Assembly (NCBI GenBank): GCA_947428935.1
Contig: CANENS010000001.1
Coordinates: 29,965-93,964 of the forward strand
Reading direction: 5' to 3'
DNA length: 64,000 nt
Source of the DNA: an uncultured Candidatus Saccharibacteria bacterium
GTDB taxonomy: Bacteria > Patescibacteriota > Saccharimonadia > Saccharimonadales > Saccharimonadaceae
Positions 39,232 through 49,895 of this stretch are shown one piece after another. The notes under the pieces were generated by a model. The model did not search any database. It was not told where the DNA came from and saw only the letters and a program-made list of their open reading frames with translations. Every line of letters begins with the position of its first letter. The first letter of the stretch is position 1. The position numbers and the translations under genes were made by a program.

Positions 39232-40680
39232 CTAATTCGTTCGATTTCGAGAGCTATCTTGATCTTGGTCGTTGCGGAAAGAAAAGCAGATTGGCGTACC
39301 GACGAAGGGATATTTTTCGCGAATTTTGCGCTCCAAGAAGCGTTTGTATGACCAGTGTAATAGCCCGAGATCGCGGCCATGGATGACGAACCAGGGCGGG
39401 CAAATATCGGTTTGGACCATATATTTCAGCTTGGGTCGAGTGTTCTTAAGTCCGGCGGGCGGATGTTCGATAATCGCTTCGCCGAGAATTTTATTTAGCT
39501 CAGAAGTTTTGATTTCTTGATGCCGAGTCTGGTCGATCTCCAGCGCTAGCTCGAATAGTTTGGTGACGTTTTTGCCGGTTTCGCTACTAGTGAGTAGCAC
39601 GGGAGCATAAGGCAAAAAGTTGAAATCGCGCTCTAAGTCATCCAGAATTTCGTCAATAGGCTTAATATCGGGATTAATTAAATCGGTCTTCGTCACAATG
39701 ACTACGATGCCTTTTCCGGCTTTTATGATCTGTCCGGCAAGGGTTTGGTCGAGCTTTGAGTGCGGTTCGGTGGCGTCGACCAGCAGTGCGCAAATATCGG
39801 CTTCTTCGATCGCGGCTAGCGTGCGCAGCGCAGAGAATTTTTCGATGCCGACTTCACGCTTGCCGGAACGGCGCAGGCCGGCGGTGTCGAGAATTTCGAG
39901 CGTACGGCCATGAAAACGCACTTCGGCACGGTTAACGTCGCGCGTAGTCCCCTGACGTGAGCTAACCAGGGCCTGCTGCTTTTTACCAAGAGTATTGAAA
40001 AGGCTCGATTTACCTACGTTGGGTCGACCAATCAAGGCGAGTCTTAACGGCTCCGTAATAGACTTGTCTTTTTCGTGATTTTCCGCGTCAGAATCTGCGC
40101 GCGCGGTTCGCTTCTGCGTTTCAAGACTTCCTTGAAGTTCATCGAAAAATACCGCGTTTTGCGTTTGCTGCTGATGGCTCAGATTTTTAAGGCCTAAATT
40201 CTGATAGATGGCGTTTTTCAGTTCTTTGATTCCCTGCCCCGTGGTGGCCGAAGTGCGAAAAGTCTCGCTGGGTTTGATACCAAAGCGCAAAAACTCTTCG
40301 CTAGGCAAGCTCTCGCCAAGATCGGATTTATTGAGTAAAAGCAAAACTGGTTTTTTGGATTTTAAGGCTTTTTTGGCGATTTCGCGATCTTTGTCGTTTG
40401 GATATTTCGAGGAGTCGACCGTGATCAAGATCAAGTCGGCGCTATTAATTGCGTCGGCAATTTGGTCTTGGATATTAGCTTCGAAATCATCGGTTGGGTT
40501 CTTGAGCCCAGCGGTGTCGATTAGTAAAAAACGATTATCGATACGGGCCATAACGTTGTCGCGCGTGGTCCCCTCTTCGCGTGCTACGATTGCGATATTT
40601 TTGCGCGCAAAGCGATTCAGCAGGCTGGATTTGCCGGCATTAGTTTGGCCAATCAAAGCTACGATGGGAAGTTTTTTCAT
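39232..40680 (-). CDS. der: Ribosome biogenesis GTPase Der (EngA)
   Basis: Two GTPase domains (GQTNAGKSSL, GRPNVGKSSL, DTAG) plus a KH-like C-terminus. Confidence 0.95.
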   Translation of the reverse strand: MKKLPIVALIGQTNAGKSSLLNRFARKNIAIVAREEGTTRDNVMARIDNRFLLIDTAGLKNPTDDFEANIQDQIADAINSADLILITVDSSKYPNDKDREIAKKALKSKKPVLLLLNKSDLGESLPSEEFLRFGIKPSETFRTSATTGQGIKELKNAIYQNLGLKNLSHQQQTQNAVFFDELQGSLETQKRTARADSDAENHEKDKSITEPLRLALIGRPNVGKSSLFNTLGKKQQALVSSRQGTTRDVNRAEVRFHGRTLEILDTAGLRRSGKREVGIEKFSALRTLAAIEEADICALLVDATEPHSKLDQTLAGQIIKAGKGIVVIVTKTDLINPDIKPIDEILDDLERDFNFLPYAPVLLTSSETGKNVTKLFELALEIDQTRHQEIKTSELNKILGEAIIEHPPAGLKNTRPKLKYMVQTDICPPWFVIHGRDLGLLHWSYKRFLERKIREKYPFVGTPICFSFRNDQDQDSSRNRTN

Positions 40681-40765
40681 GCTATAATTATAACATAATC
40701 CTCTCTTTTTTATAAATAATGATGTACGAATTTTTATACAATAAGGCTTATGTGCTATAATGGAA

Positions 40766-40916
40766 GTGCCTTATTCTATTCAAATATCATTTACGTTAAA
40801 AATGATTAGCTTTTAGCATCTTTTTCCCGATGCACTTGAGCGGCATCGCATAAGTAATCATCGGGAAGCGTAAATGGTTATGAATGGAATTAAGGCACCT
40901 TGCGGTGTCGCTTTTT
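40766..40916 (+). ncRNA. Candidate structured RNA (6S-like rod or attenuator leader) with terminator
   Basis: Nested stems GTGCCTTA/TAAGGCAC, ATTTACG/CGTAAAT and TTCCCGATG/CATCGGGAA after TGTGCTATAAT, then a hairpin plus T5. Confidence 0.55.
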
Positions 40917-40967
40917 GTATAAAAGGGTGCACAAGGTTAGATATTAAAACAATAGAGGAGAATATCT

Positions 40968-42014
40968 ATGTCAAAACATAAAAAAATACTAGCTCTGGGC
41001 CTAGTAGCTTTATGCCTAGCTTTTGCTGCTAGTGCGACCACAACAAATTCACAAACATATGCCTCCGACGCCGCACAGAGCGCCACTTATCAATCGGCGA
41101 TTGATTCGATTGCGGATTATAATAAAGTTGATGCGCTCAGTGCGGCGATAGCTGCTACGCAAAAACAGATCCCAGAAGCTATCATTTATTGGGATATGAA
41201 ATATGCTGTAGACGAGATTAAGGGCCATACTTGCGGTACGATGGACTTGCGTGGAGCATGGAATATTGGCTGTGGCGCCAGTGTTTCTCGCAATTTGCTT
41301 TATCGTTTAGCCTTGGCGGATGGCGCAATTGATGAGGCAAACTTCGATATCGGCTCAGAGTTCCCCGCGCCGTACAAAGACTATACTATGCGCGAGACGA
41401 TTACGCTGCTGAAGGGTAAATCCGTATATAATGACGATGCTGAGCTTAAAAAGTTTGTGGACGCAGCGGAGGCTATGTATAATCGTGGCGTCGACACTCT
41501 TCGCGCGGACCTGAAAAAAGTCGACCCGAGCTTAACGGATCTAGATTCGAAAAATGGCGATCAGCTAATCGAGACTTACCAGAATTTGCCCGCCGTCAAA
41601 GCGGGAACTTATACGGATTTTGTTGAAGCCTACTCCCGAGCCTATTCGTTCGATAACTATGTTAAATATTTGGGCGGTGAAGAAGCGGCTAGGGCTGAGT
41701 TTGTTAATCTTGATGAAGACGCAACGAAGCTCTACGGTAATTTAGTCGCTGAAGCTGTTAAAATCAAGCCGGATTTTACAGTTGATCTTTCCGGCGTTAA
41801 ACGGTTGAATCAAGAGGACGCTTCGCAAATTTCTGCAGAACTTCCACAGTCATCGGCGCCAGGTGCTCCTGATACGGGCGGGCTCGGTAGTGAAAATGGT
41901 TCGGCCAATATCGTAACGGTGGCGTTTTTAGGAATTGCGGTGACGGCTAGTGTTGGCGGAATAATTTATGTCGCAAAGCGCTATCTCTTTAGTCCACTTA
42001 AACGACGCAAATAG
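40968..42014 (+). CDS. Secreted protein with sortase-type anchor (APDTG-TM-KRRK)
   Basis: Signal peptide ending AFA; C-terminal APDTG, hydrophobic helix and basic tail; GAGGAG RBS. Confidence 0.8.
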   Translation: MSKHKKILALGLVALCLAFAASATTTNSQTYASDAAQSATYQSAIDSIADYNKVDALSAAIAATQKQIPEAIIYWDMKYAVDEIKGHTCGTMDLRGAWNIGCGASVSRNLLYRLALADGAIDEANFDIGSEFPAPYKDYTMRETITLLKGKSVYNDDAELKKFVDAAEAMYNRGVDTLRADLKKVDPSLTDLDSKNGDQLIETYQNLPAVKAGTYTDFVEAYSRAYSFDNYVKYLGGEEAARAEFVNLDEDATKLYGNLVAEAVKIKPDFTVDLSGVKRLNQEDASQISAELPQSSAPGAPDTGGLGSENGSANIVTVAFLGIAVTASVGGIIYVAKRYLFSPLKRRK

Positions 42015-42043
42015 AAAAGCGAGATAACCGATTTAATTTGCCT

Positions 42044-42066
42044 GCAGGGCCCCATAGGGGCCCTGT
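42044..42066. terminator. GC-rich hairpin CAGGGCCCC-atag-GGGGCCCTG
   Basis: Perfect stem just downstream of ORF 40968-42014. Confidence 0.65.
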
Positions 42067-42114
42067 TGTGTAGTCTGCCTGGTTTTGAAAGGTTTATCTT
42101 TGCCCTATCCCCCC

Positions 42115-42223
42115 ATTATAGCACACATCGTCAAAAAAGTCAAGATTTTGTATAAATAATTTGTTCAGTTTTGAGGACTTTTACGGGTCTTGTTGTATTT
42201 TTTAACAACAAAACCCTTGACAA
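42115..42223. promoter_or_regulatory. Divergent promoter module copy C
   Basis: Same boxes as the other copies; a cassette starts 28 bp after TTGACA. Confidence 0.75.
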
Positions 42224-42250
42224 GTATAACCATAAGGCTGCATGAAACGC

Positions 42251-42452
42251 GTTCGCAGCGGGTTTGTTGATGTTAGTAATGGCTACTTCAGGCGGTCTGG
42301 CCTTGATGGTAGCCAATGGTCATCTCGCACTGACCCTTCTAGTGATCGCTATGCGTATTATTTCTACTATGGCATATCAGATCTTAATCCATCAAATACC
42401 TATGTTCGCTACTACACCTTCCCCCTCCGCTGCCTAGCTAGACAGTAATAAT
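42251..42452 (+). repeat. Orphan DGR-VR-like cassette 9 (intact, type A end)
   Basis: VRSGFVDVSNGYFRRSGLDGSQWSSRTDPSSDRYAYYFYYGISDLNPSNTYVRYYTFPLRCLARQ*; in-frame ATG at 42242 but no RBS. Confidence 0.9.
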
Positions 42453-42464
42453 GTATAAGAAAAT

Positions 42465-44762
42465 TTATTCGGCGTCCTCGGCTTCAGCTTCCTCGGTCTT
42501 TTTACTAGTTTTCTTGCTGCTAGCAGTAGACTTTTTGGTTTTGGTGGTGGTTTTGCGCGTGGTTTTTGGTTTAGTGTCGGTAGTTTCTTCTGTACTCGTG
42601 CTCGATGTGGCGGCGGTTTCTGTTTTAGGCTTGCGTCCGCGTTTTTTGGGTTTTGGCGGTTCTTCGATTGTTTTTTCTGGCGTTCCGTTTTCTTCTGGCG
42701 TATCTTTTTTCTTTGTTTTACGCCCGCGTTTTGCCTTTGGTTTTTCTTCGGTTACAGTCTCGTTTTCCGAGAAAGCGGCTAGCAGAGCTGCATCTGTGTC
42801 TTCTTCGACGAATTCAAGCACTTCGCGTACCGATTCGACCATATCTTCGGCTTCGAGATTTTCCTTGCGGCGTCGTAGATGCAGGATACTGTCGATTAAG
42901 AGCCAAATCATGCAGATCGTTAAAGTACCGAGCGAAATGGCTCCTCCTAGTTTGGTAGCTGGGCTCAAGCCGTAGTAAACCGAGATTATACCGTTGATGT
43001 GTGCGGGGATTTGGATTTTGACCAGACCGCTCTTCTGATCCGGCGTGATAGTGAGCTGTTGATGATTGACTTCTGCGATGTATCCGGGGTAGTAGATAAC
43101 TGGTAGCTCGATAGTGGCGCCATTTTCGTTATTGGAAACTTGAATTGCATACTTCAAGCCGTCGGTTTGAATTACATGTATTTCGCCGTCACCTTCGAAA
43201 ATTGGTGCGCTAGGGATAAGATTTTTGGTTTCCGGCTTTGGACTTGTTTTTTCACTTTCTTTTTTCTTTTGCGGATTCAGTTCTTTAAACGAAGTCGAAG
43301 CTGCGGAGTCTTCCTGTTCTAGTATTGCAAAATCGTCGTTTTCAGTGTTTTCTTCGTTGAGGGGTGCGGTTGGCTGGCTTAATCTCTTATTGCTGCATAA
43401 ATAATCAGTAGTGGTGCGGTTTTCGCTGCAGAGTAGAGCTGTAGGAGCATAGAGTACGGAAGGGTCAAGCTGGCCATCCAATTCGTTGGAATTTTCGGAG
43501 ACTTTTGATTCTATTAGAAACGGTTGTACGCTTGCTATAGCGATAAGGCCAGCCATAATTGCGCTGATTTGTTGTTTTTCGATCGAAAGATCACGTAATA
43601 GATAATATATTACGTAACTAGTGATGACTGGGCTGATCACGGCGAAAATTTCCAGCAATTGCCATGGGAAGCGGATTCTGAGCAAGTCGGTCGGTAGAAT
43701 TGCCCAGGTCAGAATCGGTAACACTAAGAACAGCGCAATCATCATGATGACATAGAGGCTGGTGAGGAAGCTGCGTTCGTCTTCGTTGTTGATTTTTTTG
43801 CGGATAAACCAAAAGCCAAGGATGCCGAGCAAGCTGATCGAGCCGATGGTCAAACTGCTTTCGGTGTTTGTTAGGTCGAGCTCGAGTAGGTCGTTCAGGG
43901 ATAATCGATGGTGGTTGACAGTAGCGTTCATTCCGCCAATCATGTGCAGATAAGTAGTATCAAAGACGCCATAATGACCGTTTAGTCTAGCTTCGACGAT
44001 GGGCAACGTGAAAAAAGCGGTAAGGCCAATGATTCCGACCGCTGTAAGTACGATGCGCCAGAGGCTTTCGAGATTGAAGAGGTGGCGTACGTTCAATAAG
44101 AGAAAAAGAGCGCTAACGATCATGAAAAGTGCGGCGGAGAGGCTATGGGTTAAGATCAACCCTATGCCGGCTAAAATTAGGGTACGCACGGCATGTGGAT
44201 TGTGATTGATGAGGCGAAATAGCCCCAGTAACAAAAAGGGTGCAATCGCAAGGGCAAACAGTTCATCGATAGCGCCGCGCATGTAAAGGTTAGTCAAGAG
44301 ATAGGGGGTGGACATATAGAACATCCCAGCTAAGGCGCCAAGAACGTTTTTTTGGCTAATTTTGGTAACCGCGCGGCACATAGCGAGGCCGCTGCCGATT
44401 AGGGTTAAGGTGAGGATTAAATTCAATACAACGGGCCAGGAGCCGATGAAGAGATGTAGCGCTGCTGCGAGGTACGACGGCAGCGGCCCGGCAAATAGAT
44501 TAAAGCCGTAACCTGCGCCGTCTAGCGCATTAGGATTAGTCTGCGGCACGACTTGACCATTGCCCCAGGCGGCACTGGCGGTTCCGAGCTGCGTACTTTG
44601 CCAGCCAATGTCGTCTCCGCTTGGCATAATTGACAAGTTAGACCATATATTAATACTTAAGATTAGGCCGAATACAACAATTAGAATGTATGCCCATAAA
44701 TTCGTCAAAAATCTTCCCTGTTTTAAGTCCGTCGTAAGCTTTTCTGTCTCTTCCCTAATCAT
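42465..44762 (-). CDS. GT-C-like multi-pass membrane protein (YfhO/PTPS-related type) with charged tail
   Basis: GDDIGWQ, YGFNLFAGPLPSYL, PYLLTNLYMRGAIDE, RFPWQLL; many TM helices. Confidence 0.65.
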   Translation of the reverse strand: MIREETEKLTTDLKQGRFLTNLWAYILIVVFGLILSINIWSNLSIMPSGDDIGWQSTQLGTASAAWGNGQVVPQTNPNALDGAGYGFNLFAGPLPSYLAAALHLFIGSWPVVLNLILTLTLIGSGLAMCRAVTKISQKNVLGALAGMFYMSTPYLLTNLYMRGAIDELFALAIAPFLLLGLFRLINHNPHAVRTLILAGIGLILTHSLSAALFMIVSALFLLLNVRHLFNLESLWRIVLTAVGIIGLTAFFTLPIVEARLNGHYGVFDTTYLHMIGGMNATVNHHRLSLNDLLELDLTNTESSLTIGSISLLGILGFWFIRKKINNEDERSFLTSLYVIMMIALFLVLPILTWAILPTDLLRIRFPWQLLEIFAVISPVITSYVIYYLLRDLSIEKQQISAIMAGLIAIASVQPFLIESKVSENSNELDGQLDPSVLYAPTALLCSENRTTTDYLCSNKRLSQPTAPLNEENTENDDFAILEQEDSAASTSFKELNPQKKKESEKTSPKPETKNLIPSAPIFEGDGEIHVIQTDGLKYAIQVSNNENGATIELPVIYYPGYIAEVNHQQLTITPDQKSGLVKIQIPAHINGIISVYYGLSPATKLGGAISLGTLTICMIWLLIDSILHLRRRKENLEAEDMVESVREVLEFVEEDTDAALLAAFSENETVTEEKPKAKRGRKTKKKDTPEENGTPEKTIEEPPKPKKRGRKPKTETAATSSTSTEETTDTKPKTTRKTTTKTKKSTASSKKTSKKTEEAEAEDAE

Positions 44763-44930
44763 TCTGATAATTATATCATAGATAAAACTAGTTGTCATTA
44801 AAATAAGAGAAAATGTCATGATTTCATATATGTTGTAATTTTGTTTTAGTCTGAGTTATAGAAAAGTTTTGTATTTTGAAGAAGTGTGTTATAATGAAAA
44901 TGTTCTGAGAACGGATGCCTGTTGCAATAT

Positions 44931-45007
44931 GGTCTCGTCGTCTAGTGGTCTAGGACGCCTGGTTCTCATCCAGGAAATCGCGGGTTCGACTCCCGCCGGG
45001 ACTACCA
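44931..45007 (+). tRNA. tRNA-Glu(CTC)
   Basis: GTCTAGTGGTCTAGGAC D-arm, CCTGG-TTCTCAT-CCAGG anticodon arm, GGTTCGACTCCC, CCA; terminator hairpin follows. Confidence 0.95.
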
Positions 45008-45242
45008 TAGAAAATAGTTCACGCTTTGGTGTGAACTATTTTCTATGGTATGTGCATTTTTAGCGGTCATTCGTGCAGATGAACGCTGATTTGCGCAATA
45101 ATATCGCTTGCGTTTAACGAAATTGCCATGTTATAATGGGAGTAAGGAGTGGGCGGATATTAAATAATTTTTCGTAGACTATTTGATTTGACTGATTTTG
45201 TGGGCTAGGTCGGGAGATTTAGTTGGCGAGATTGGAGGTAAA

Positions 45243-45335
45243 ATGGTTTTTAATATCGTGGCTCTTGGTGCGATCTTGAGTGTAGCTTTGCGCTACGGCT
45301 ATACCAAAGAGATGCTTGATGGTGACAAGAAATAG
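45243..45335 (+). CDS. Candidate 30-aa single-TM small protein
   Basis: GGAGG RBS; MVFNIVALGAILSVALRYGYTKEMLDGDKK. Confidence 0.45.
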   Translation: MVFNIVALGAILSVALRYGYTKEMLDGDKK

Positions 45336-45389
45336 AATCTTTTCTCTGCGCTTATTGTTTTTTTATATATAACCCTATATAATGAAAGT

Positions 45390-46283
45390 ATGAGTGAAAG
45401 CAAAGATGTTCGTGTCTTGGAGAAACGGCAGGAGGCTCAAAAAATTGACTCGAAAAAGCCGCCGATTGATGAAATTCCGCTTCGACATAGGGCTGAGCGT
45501 CGTTGTTGGATTTTGGCTGTAATCTTGATTGTGATGGTAGTGGTTGCGGTGCTGGCCTCTTTGATTGTTCTGTTTCTGAATCATACACATAATGGGGACG
45601 GGGCAAACAGCATTGACGGCACATCCGTGCAGCAGAATGGCATGCGTGATGCGCTCCGGTTTAAGAATGAATACGAATCTTTGAATAATACGGTGCGGCA
45701 GAGCGACGGTGCGACTTATGGCGAGGTCGTCATTGATGAAGATAATCCGGTTGTTTATGTTACGCCCACGGAAGTTTTGGATCTTCTGGACGCTGAAACG
45801 GCGGTGATTTATGTCGGTGCGGAGTGGTGCCCTTGGTGCCGCAATGCTGTGCCGGTGTTGCTGGATGTAGCGAAGCAGTATGGCGTAGATAAACTATATT
45901 ATTTAAATTTGGATGGCGAAAAATCGGAGTTCGAGGTTAAAAATGGTGAGCTGATTCAAAAGCAAAAAGGATCCGAGGCATATTATAAATTGTTGGATAA
46001 GCTGAAAGATAAATTGCGTGATTATGCAATTAGTGATCGTGACGGCAATGATTATTCTACAGGTGAAAAGCGGATTTACCAGCCGCACGTTTTTGGTATC
46101 AAGGATGGTAAAGTGGTAGCAGACAAAAGCGGTACAGTGGAGCTGACGGAAGGTCAAAGTAAATATGATACACTTTCGTCTGCACAGAAGAATGAATTGC
46201 GTAAAGTTTATCTTGAGCTATTTGAAAAAGTTTATGGTGAGCGTATGGAAACTTGTTCCACTGCTGAGCAGGTTTGTGATTAG
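45390..46283 (+). CDS. Membrane-anchored thioredoxin-fold protein
   Basis: One TM, then YVGAEWCPWCR (CxxC). Confidence 0.75.
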   Translation: MSESKDVRVLEKRQEAQKIDSKKPPIDEIPLRHRAERRCWILAVILIVMVVVAVLASLIVLFLNHTHNGDGANSIDGTSVQQNGMRDALRFKNEYESLNNTVRQSDGATYGEVVIDEDNPVVYVTPTEVLDLLDAETAVIYVGAEWCPWCRNAVPVLLDVAKQYGVDKLYYLNLDGEKSEFEVKNGELIQKQKGSEAYYKLLDKLKDKLRDYAISDRDGNDYSTGEKRIYQPHVFGIKDGKVVADKSGTVELTEGQSKYDTLSSAQKNELRKVYLELFEKVYGERMETCSTAEQVCD

Positions 46284-46690
46284 ACCTGGGAAAATTAATT
46301 GTAATGACTGCTGATGCCTATCCCTGTATAATTAGTATACTTTCGCATTAAAGAAGCATGCTCACGTTTTAGAAAAGTATACTTTTGTAATAGAAAAATA
46401 TACTAAAATATATTTTTGTAATTTATCTCTGGGAAAATAGGGTTTTTACTCTCAAAAATAAGTTTACCCAAAATATAATCAAGTTTATTCCCGGTATAGA
46501 AAAGTATGCTTAGACTATAATGGAGTTTGCTCGATGTCTAAAAAATTTAGTTTTGCATTAGTAGGATGTACATCTGTAATATAAAGAAAGTCTATACGAA
46601 ATATGTTGACAAGGTTTTTTGGCGCAGTGAGTGCCCATTAAAATATGGCTTAAATGGTGAAAATACGTTAGGGGTTTTCGCTAGACTATT

Positions 46691-47974
46691 TCAATAGGAG
46701 ACTCCGCCGGTGCTGGGAATGGCCGCGATCCAAAGTTGACCCGGAGCGAAGCTGATTTTGCTTCCTGCTGTATCGCGAAATACGATTTGATCATCTTGAC
46801 TGTTCTTTTGCCAGGTACCTTCGATTATGGTGCCGTTTTGAAAAATGTAAGCGTTACCGCTACCGATAGTCTCGATCTGCTCATGATAACCGTCGCGCAT
46901 GGTATATTGTTCGACCAGCATAGCGACTACGGCGGTTGGAGTGATTTGGATGGCTTCGCCGCATTCAGTTTTGGTGGTGGGCTGTTCTAGCTCCGGCGCG
47001 CAGTCGTAAGATAAATGCGGGGCGCCGGTCGCAAATGAACGGGTATAATTATTTGATTCGGGGTTGTATTGATAGGCGGTGTTGTAATCCGGCTGTACAC
47101 CGAAATTAATCGAAAAAGCCTCGACGGTTGGAGTATCGAGGACGCATTCTTCGCCAGCAGCGATTTTTGCGGTGCAGCTTTGGCGCTCGGAGACGATATT
47201 GGCGGTGACATCTGGAGTGAGACGCGGAAAGGCTTTTGGCTCGGAGGCTTTGAAGCCGAGAGTGTTGTTGTAATTGGTGAGTTCTGCGGGAGAGGTGAAG
47301 AGATTATTCCAACTGCGACTATAATCGTTTTCGCGCCAAGCATAAGCTCCGCCGTCAACATCGAGATTGCGAAAATCACCGTTGCCGACTTCGGCGAGCG
47401 CTTCGTCAGAACCGCCAGCGTGGACAATTGTGCAATCGAACGGTGCATCCCAGGAGGTGTAATAAGGCCGCAGGGAGCGAATTGGGCCGATCGCGCTAAC
47501 GTCGGGGTTTTGAAAAACGGCGGCAAAACGTGTAATACCGCGCTCGGCGATCGCCTCAAAAACCACAGCGGCTTGACTGAGACCTGCCTGCGGGCGAGCG
47601 CCGTCGTCACTATTCGGAATTTGGATGCAAAAAGTGGGGCTAGAGTTGAGCGCGGCGTCGGTGATTTCGAGGCCAGTGAGGGTACTATAGATCGGCTCGA
47701 CGAAATCCGCTTTTGTCGCCTCTTGTTCGGTTTTCTCTTGATTTGCCAGGACGAAAATGATGGCGGCCGCAACGATCAAAGCTAAAATAATAGTAATCAC
47801 AACAATAATAGCTATTTTGCGCTTTTTAGGCATAGAGGTTTTTTCCTTCTTGCTGCTATTTTTGATCTTTTTATGTTGGCTATTCTTTCGCAGTTCTTCG
47901 TCGGTCAGTTCAAGGTTAATCGGTTTCTTGCTCGTACTTTTGGTTTTAGTATTCTTTTTTCCACCCTGACTCAT
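46691..47974 (-). CDS. DUF3048-like membrane-anchored protein
   Basis: ARPQAGLSQA..VFE..AERGITRF, GPIRSLRPY, HAGGS. Confidence 0.75.
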   Translation of the reverse strand: MSQGGKKNTKTKSTSKKPINLELTDEELRKNSQHKKIKNSSKKEKTSMPKKRKIAIIVVITIILALIVAAAIIFVLANQEKTEQEATKADFVEPIYSTLTGLEITDAALNSSPTFCIQIPNSDDGARPQAGLSQAAVVFEAIAERGITRFAAVFQNPDVSAIGPIRSLRPYYTSWDAPFDCTIVHAGGSDEALAEVGNGDFRNLDVDGGAYAWRENDYSRSWNNLFTSPAELTNYNNTLGFKASEPKAFPRLTPDVTANIVSERQSCTAKIAAGEECVLDTPTVEAFSINFGVQPDYNTAYQYNPESNNYTRSFATGAPHLSYDCAPELEQPTTKTECGEAIQITPTAVVAMLVEQYTMRDGYHEQIETIGSGNAYIFQNGTIIEGTWQKNSQDDQIVFRDTAGSKISFAPGQLWIAAIPSTGGVSY

Positions 47975-48148
47975 ATTGTACTCCACTTTAGTTTTTACTA
48001 TTATAACATACGCAATTTTGCGAAGCAATTTTACGGTTAAGCGTATTAAGAGATTTTGGGGTGCTTTTGCTGGATATTATGCGACCTTGATTGCGGTGCG
48101 TAGTATCCGAAAAGGGAGTAGATTTTATTGTGTCATACGACGCTTAGT

Positions 48149-48350
48149 TTTCGCAGCGGCAATGTTAATGTCGATAGAGGCTTATTAAGGAACATTGCTT
48201 ATTTTGGCTATGAATGGTCGTCACAAACTACTGTACTCGACGATGGTCCTGTTTATAGCCTTGGTTTTAATAAGTCAGATGTCTTTCCGTCCGATAGCCA
48301 TGATCGTTGGATTGCTTCCCCCCTCCGCTGCCTAGCTAGACAGTAATAAT
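48149..48350 (+). repeat. Orphan DGR-VR-like cassette 10 (intact, type A end)
   Basis: FRSGNVNVDRGLLRNIAYFGYEWSSQTTVLDDGPVYSLGFNKSDVFPSDSHDRWIASPLRCLARQ*. Confidence 0.9.
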
Positions 48351-48455
48351 ACAAGGTAAAAGCTTAAGTTAATTTTATACTTCGAAATTTATCCCGTGCG
48401 TTAATGATAGATGCAAGTAATATATGTATCAAGTTGTAATCGTATGTGTCACGTT

Positions 48456-49895
48456 TCAGTCGTTCTCGATTGCGCTGATAGTGGAATGTAAGCGAGCGAG
48501 CGAGAGATTTTTGCCTAGAACATTGAGCGTAAGATGGAGCGCGGGGCTGAACGGCGCATAGGATAATGCAATGCGGATTAAGGAAAAAAGTTCCGCGGGC
48601 TTTTTATTGGTCTCGATCAAGAGGTTGTTCAAAGTTGTTTGTAGTGCATCAGCATTCCATTCGCTTTGTTCCAGTCTTTGTGCTGAGACTTGTAAAAGGT
48701 CGCTCAGTTCTTCTTCCGAGAATTTCTTGAGGAACTTATTTTTAATGATCATATCAAGATCGATTGATGGGTTTTCGAAGAAATATACAGTCATTTGGCG
48801 TAGGTCGCCGAGAGTTTTGAGGCGGTCGTAAATAATTGCGAGGACATGTTTTTTGTATGCGTCGTCGTAAGGCGCGGCGCTTTTGGGCCAAAAATTTAAG
48901 GTCTGAGAGTAGAGCGCGTCGATGCCTTGTTCGTTGACGATTTTGCGAATCCATTGTCCATTTTGCCAGAGCAGCTTTGTTTCGTCGAAGCGCGCACCGG
49001 AAGTTTGAATACGATCAACGGAGAATTTCTCGATCAGCTGATCCTTAGTATAAATTTCGTCTTCAGTGCCATCGTTCCAGCCCAGGCAGGCTAGGTAGTT
49101 CAACATAGCTTCGGCTAAGATCCCCTCCTCGCGATATTCGGTGACGGATTTTGCGCTATCGCGTTTGCTGAGTTTTTTGGTGCCAGTGGGGCCGAGAATG
49201 TGTGGCAGAGAAATAAAATGCGGAATTTCTAGATTTAAGGCTTCGTAGAGCGCTAAATAATTCGGCATACTGGAAAGGTATTCGACTCCGCGCACCACGT
49301 CGGTTACACCCATCAGTGCATCATCGACGATGTGTGCGAAATTGTAAGTCGGAAAACCGTCAGCTTTGATCAGGATAATATCGTCTTGTACTTCCGGACC
49401 AGCGCTAAGATCGCCCATGACTTCGTCGTGCCAAGAACGTACTTTTGGATCAGCCTTGAAACGTAGCGGCATGCCTTCTTGCCACTCCGGTGGGTGCTCT
49501 GGCCGAAAATCACGATATAGGAAGGGTTTTTTTTCATTATGACATATTTTACGATATTTATCAATAGTATCGGCAGGGGTGGGGTCGGCGTAAGCTCGAT
49601 TGCTGGCGATGAGCTTTTTGGCCCATTCTTGGTAAAATGCTTTGCGTTCGCTCTGAAAATAGGGCTGATTTGGCCCGCCAATGATCGGACCTTCGTCCCA
49701 ATCTAGCCCAAGCCATTTTAAAGTTTCTTCGATTAGCTCAGTCGCGCCTTCCACGAAACGGGTGCGGTCGGTATCTTCGATACGGAGAATGAACGTACCG
49801 TTATTTTGTTGTGCCAAAAGATAAGGATAAATGGCGCTGCGGACATTTCCGAGGTGAATATGGCCGGTAGGGCTAGGGGCGAATCGTGTTTTCAT
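48456..49895 (-). CDS. gltX: Glutamate--tRNA ligase
   Basis: RFAPSPTGHIHLGN, RIEDTD, KLSKRD. Confidence 0.96.
   Translation of the reverse strand: MKTRFAPSPTGHIHLGNVRSAIYPYLLAQQNNGTFILRIEDTDRTRFVEGATELIEETLKWLGLDWDEGPIIGGPNQPYFQSERKAFYQEWAKKLIASNRAYADPTPADTIDKYRKICHNEKKPFLYRDFRPEHPPEWQEGMPLRFKADPKVRSWHDEVMGDLSAGPEVQDDIILIKADGFPTYNFAHIVDDALMGVTDVVRGVEYLSSMPNYLALYEALNLEIPHFISLPHILGPTGTKKLSKRDSAKSVTEYREEGILAEAMLNYLACLGWNDGTEDEIYTKDQLIEKFSVDRIQTSGARFDETKLLWQNGQWIRKIVNEQGIDALYSQTLNFWPKSAAPYDDAYKKHVLAIIYDRLKTLGDLRQMTVYFFENPSIDLDMIIKNKFLKKFSEEELSDLLQVSAQRLEQSEWNADALQTTLNNLLIETNKKPAELFSLIRIALSYAPFSPALHLTLNVLGKNLSLARLHSTISAIEND

Noticed and set aside
40080-40130. In-frame palindromic element in the Der linker similar to 30598-30615 (GAAGCGAAC(C)GCGCGC)
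   Set aside because: Only two short, imperfect matches; not enough to define a repeat family
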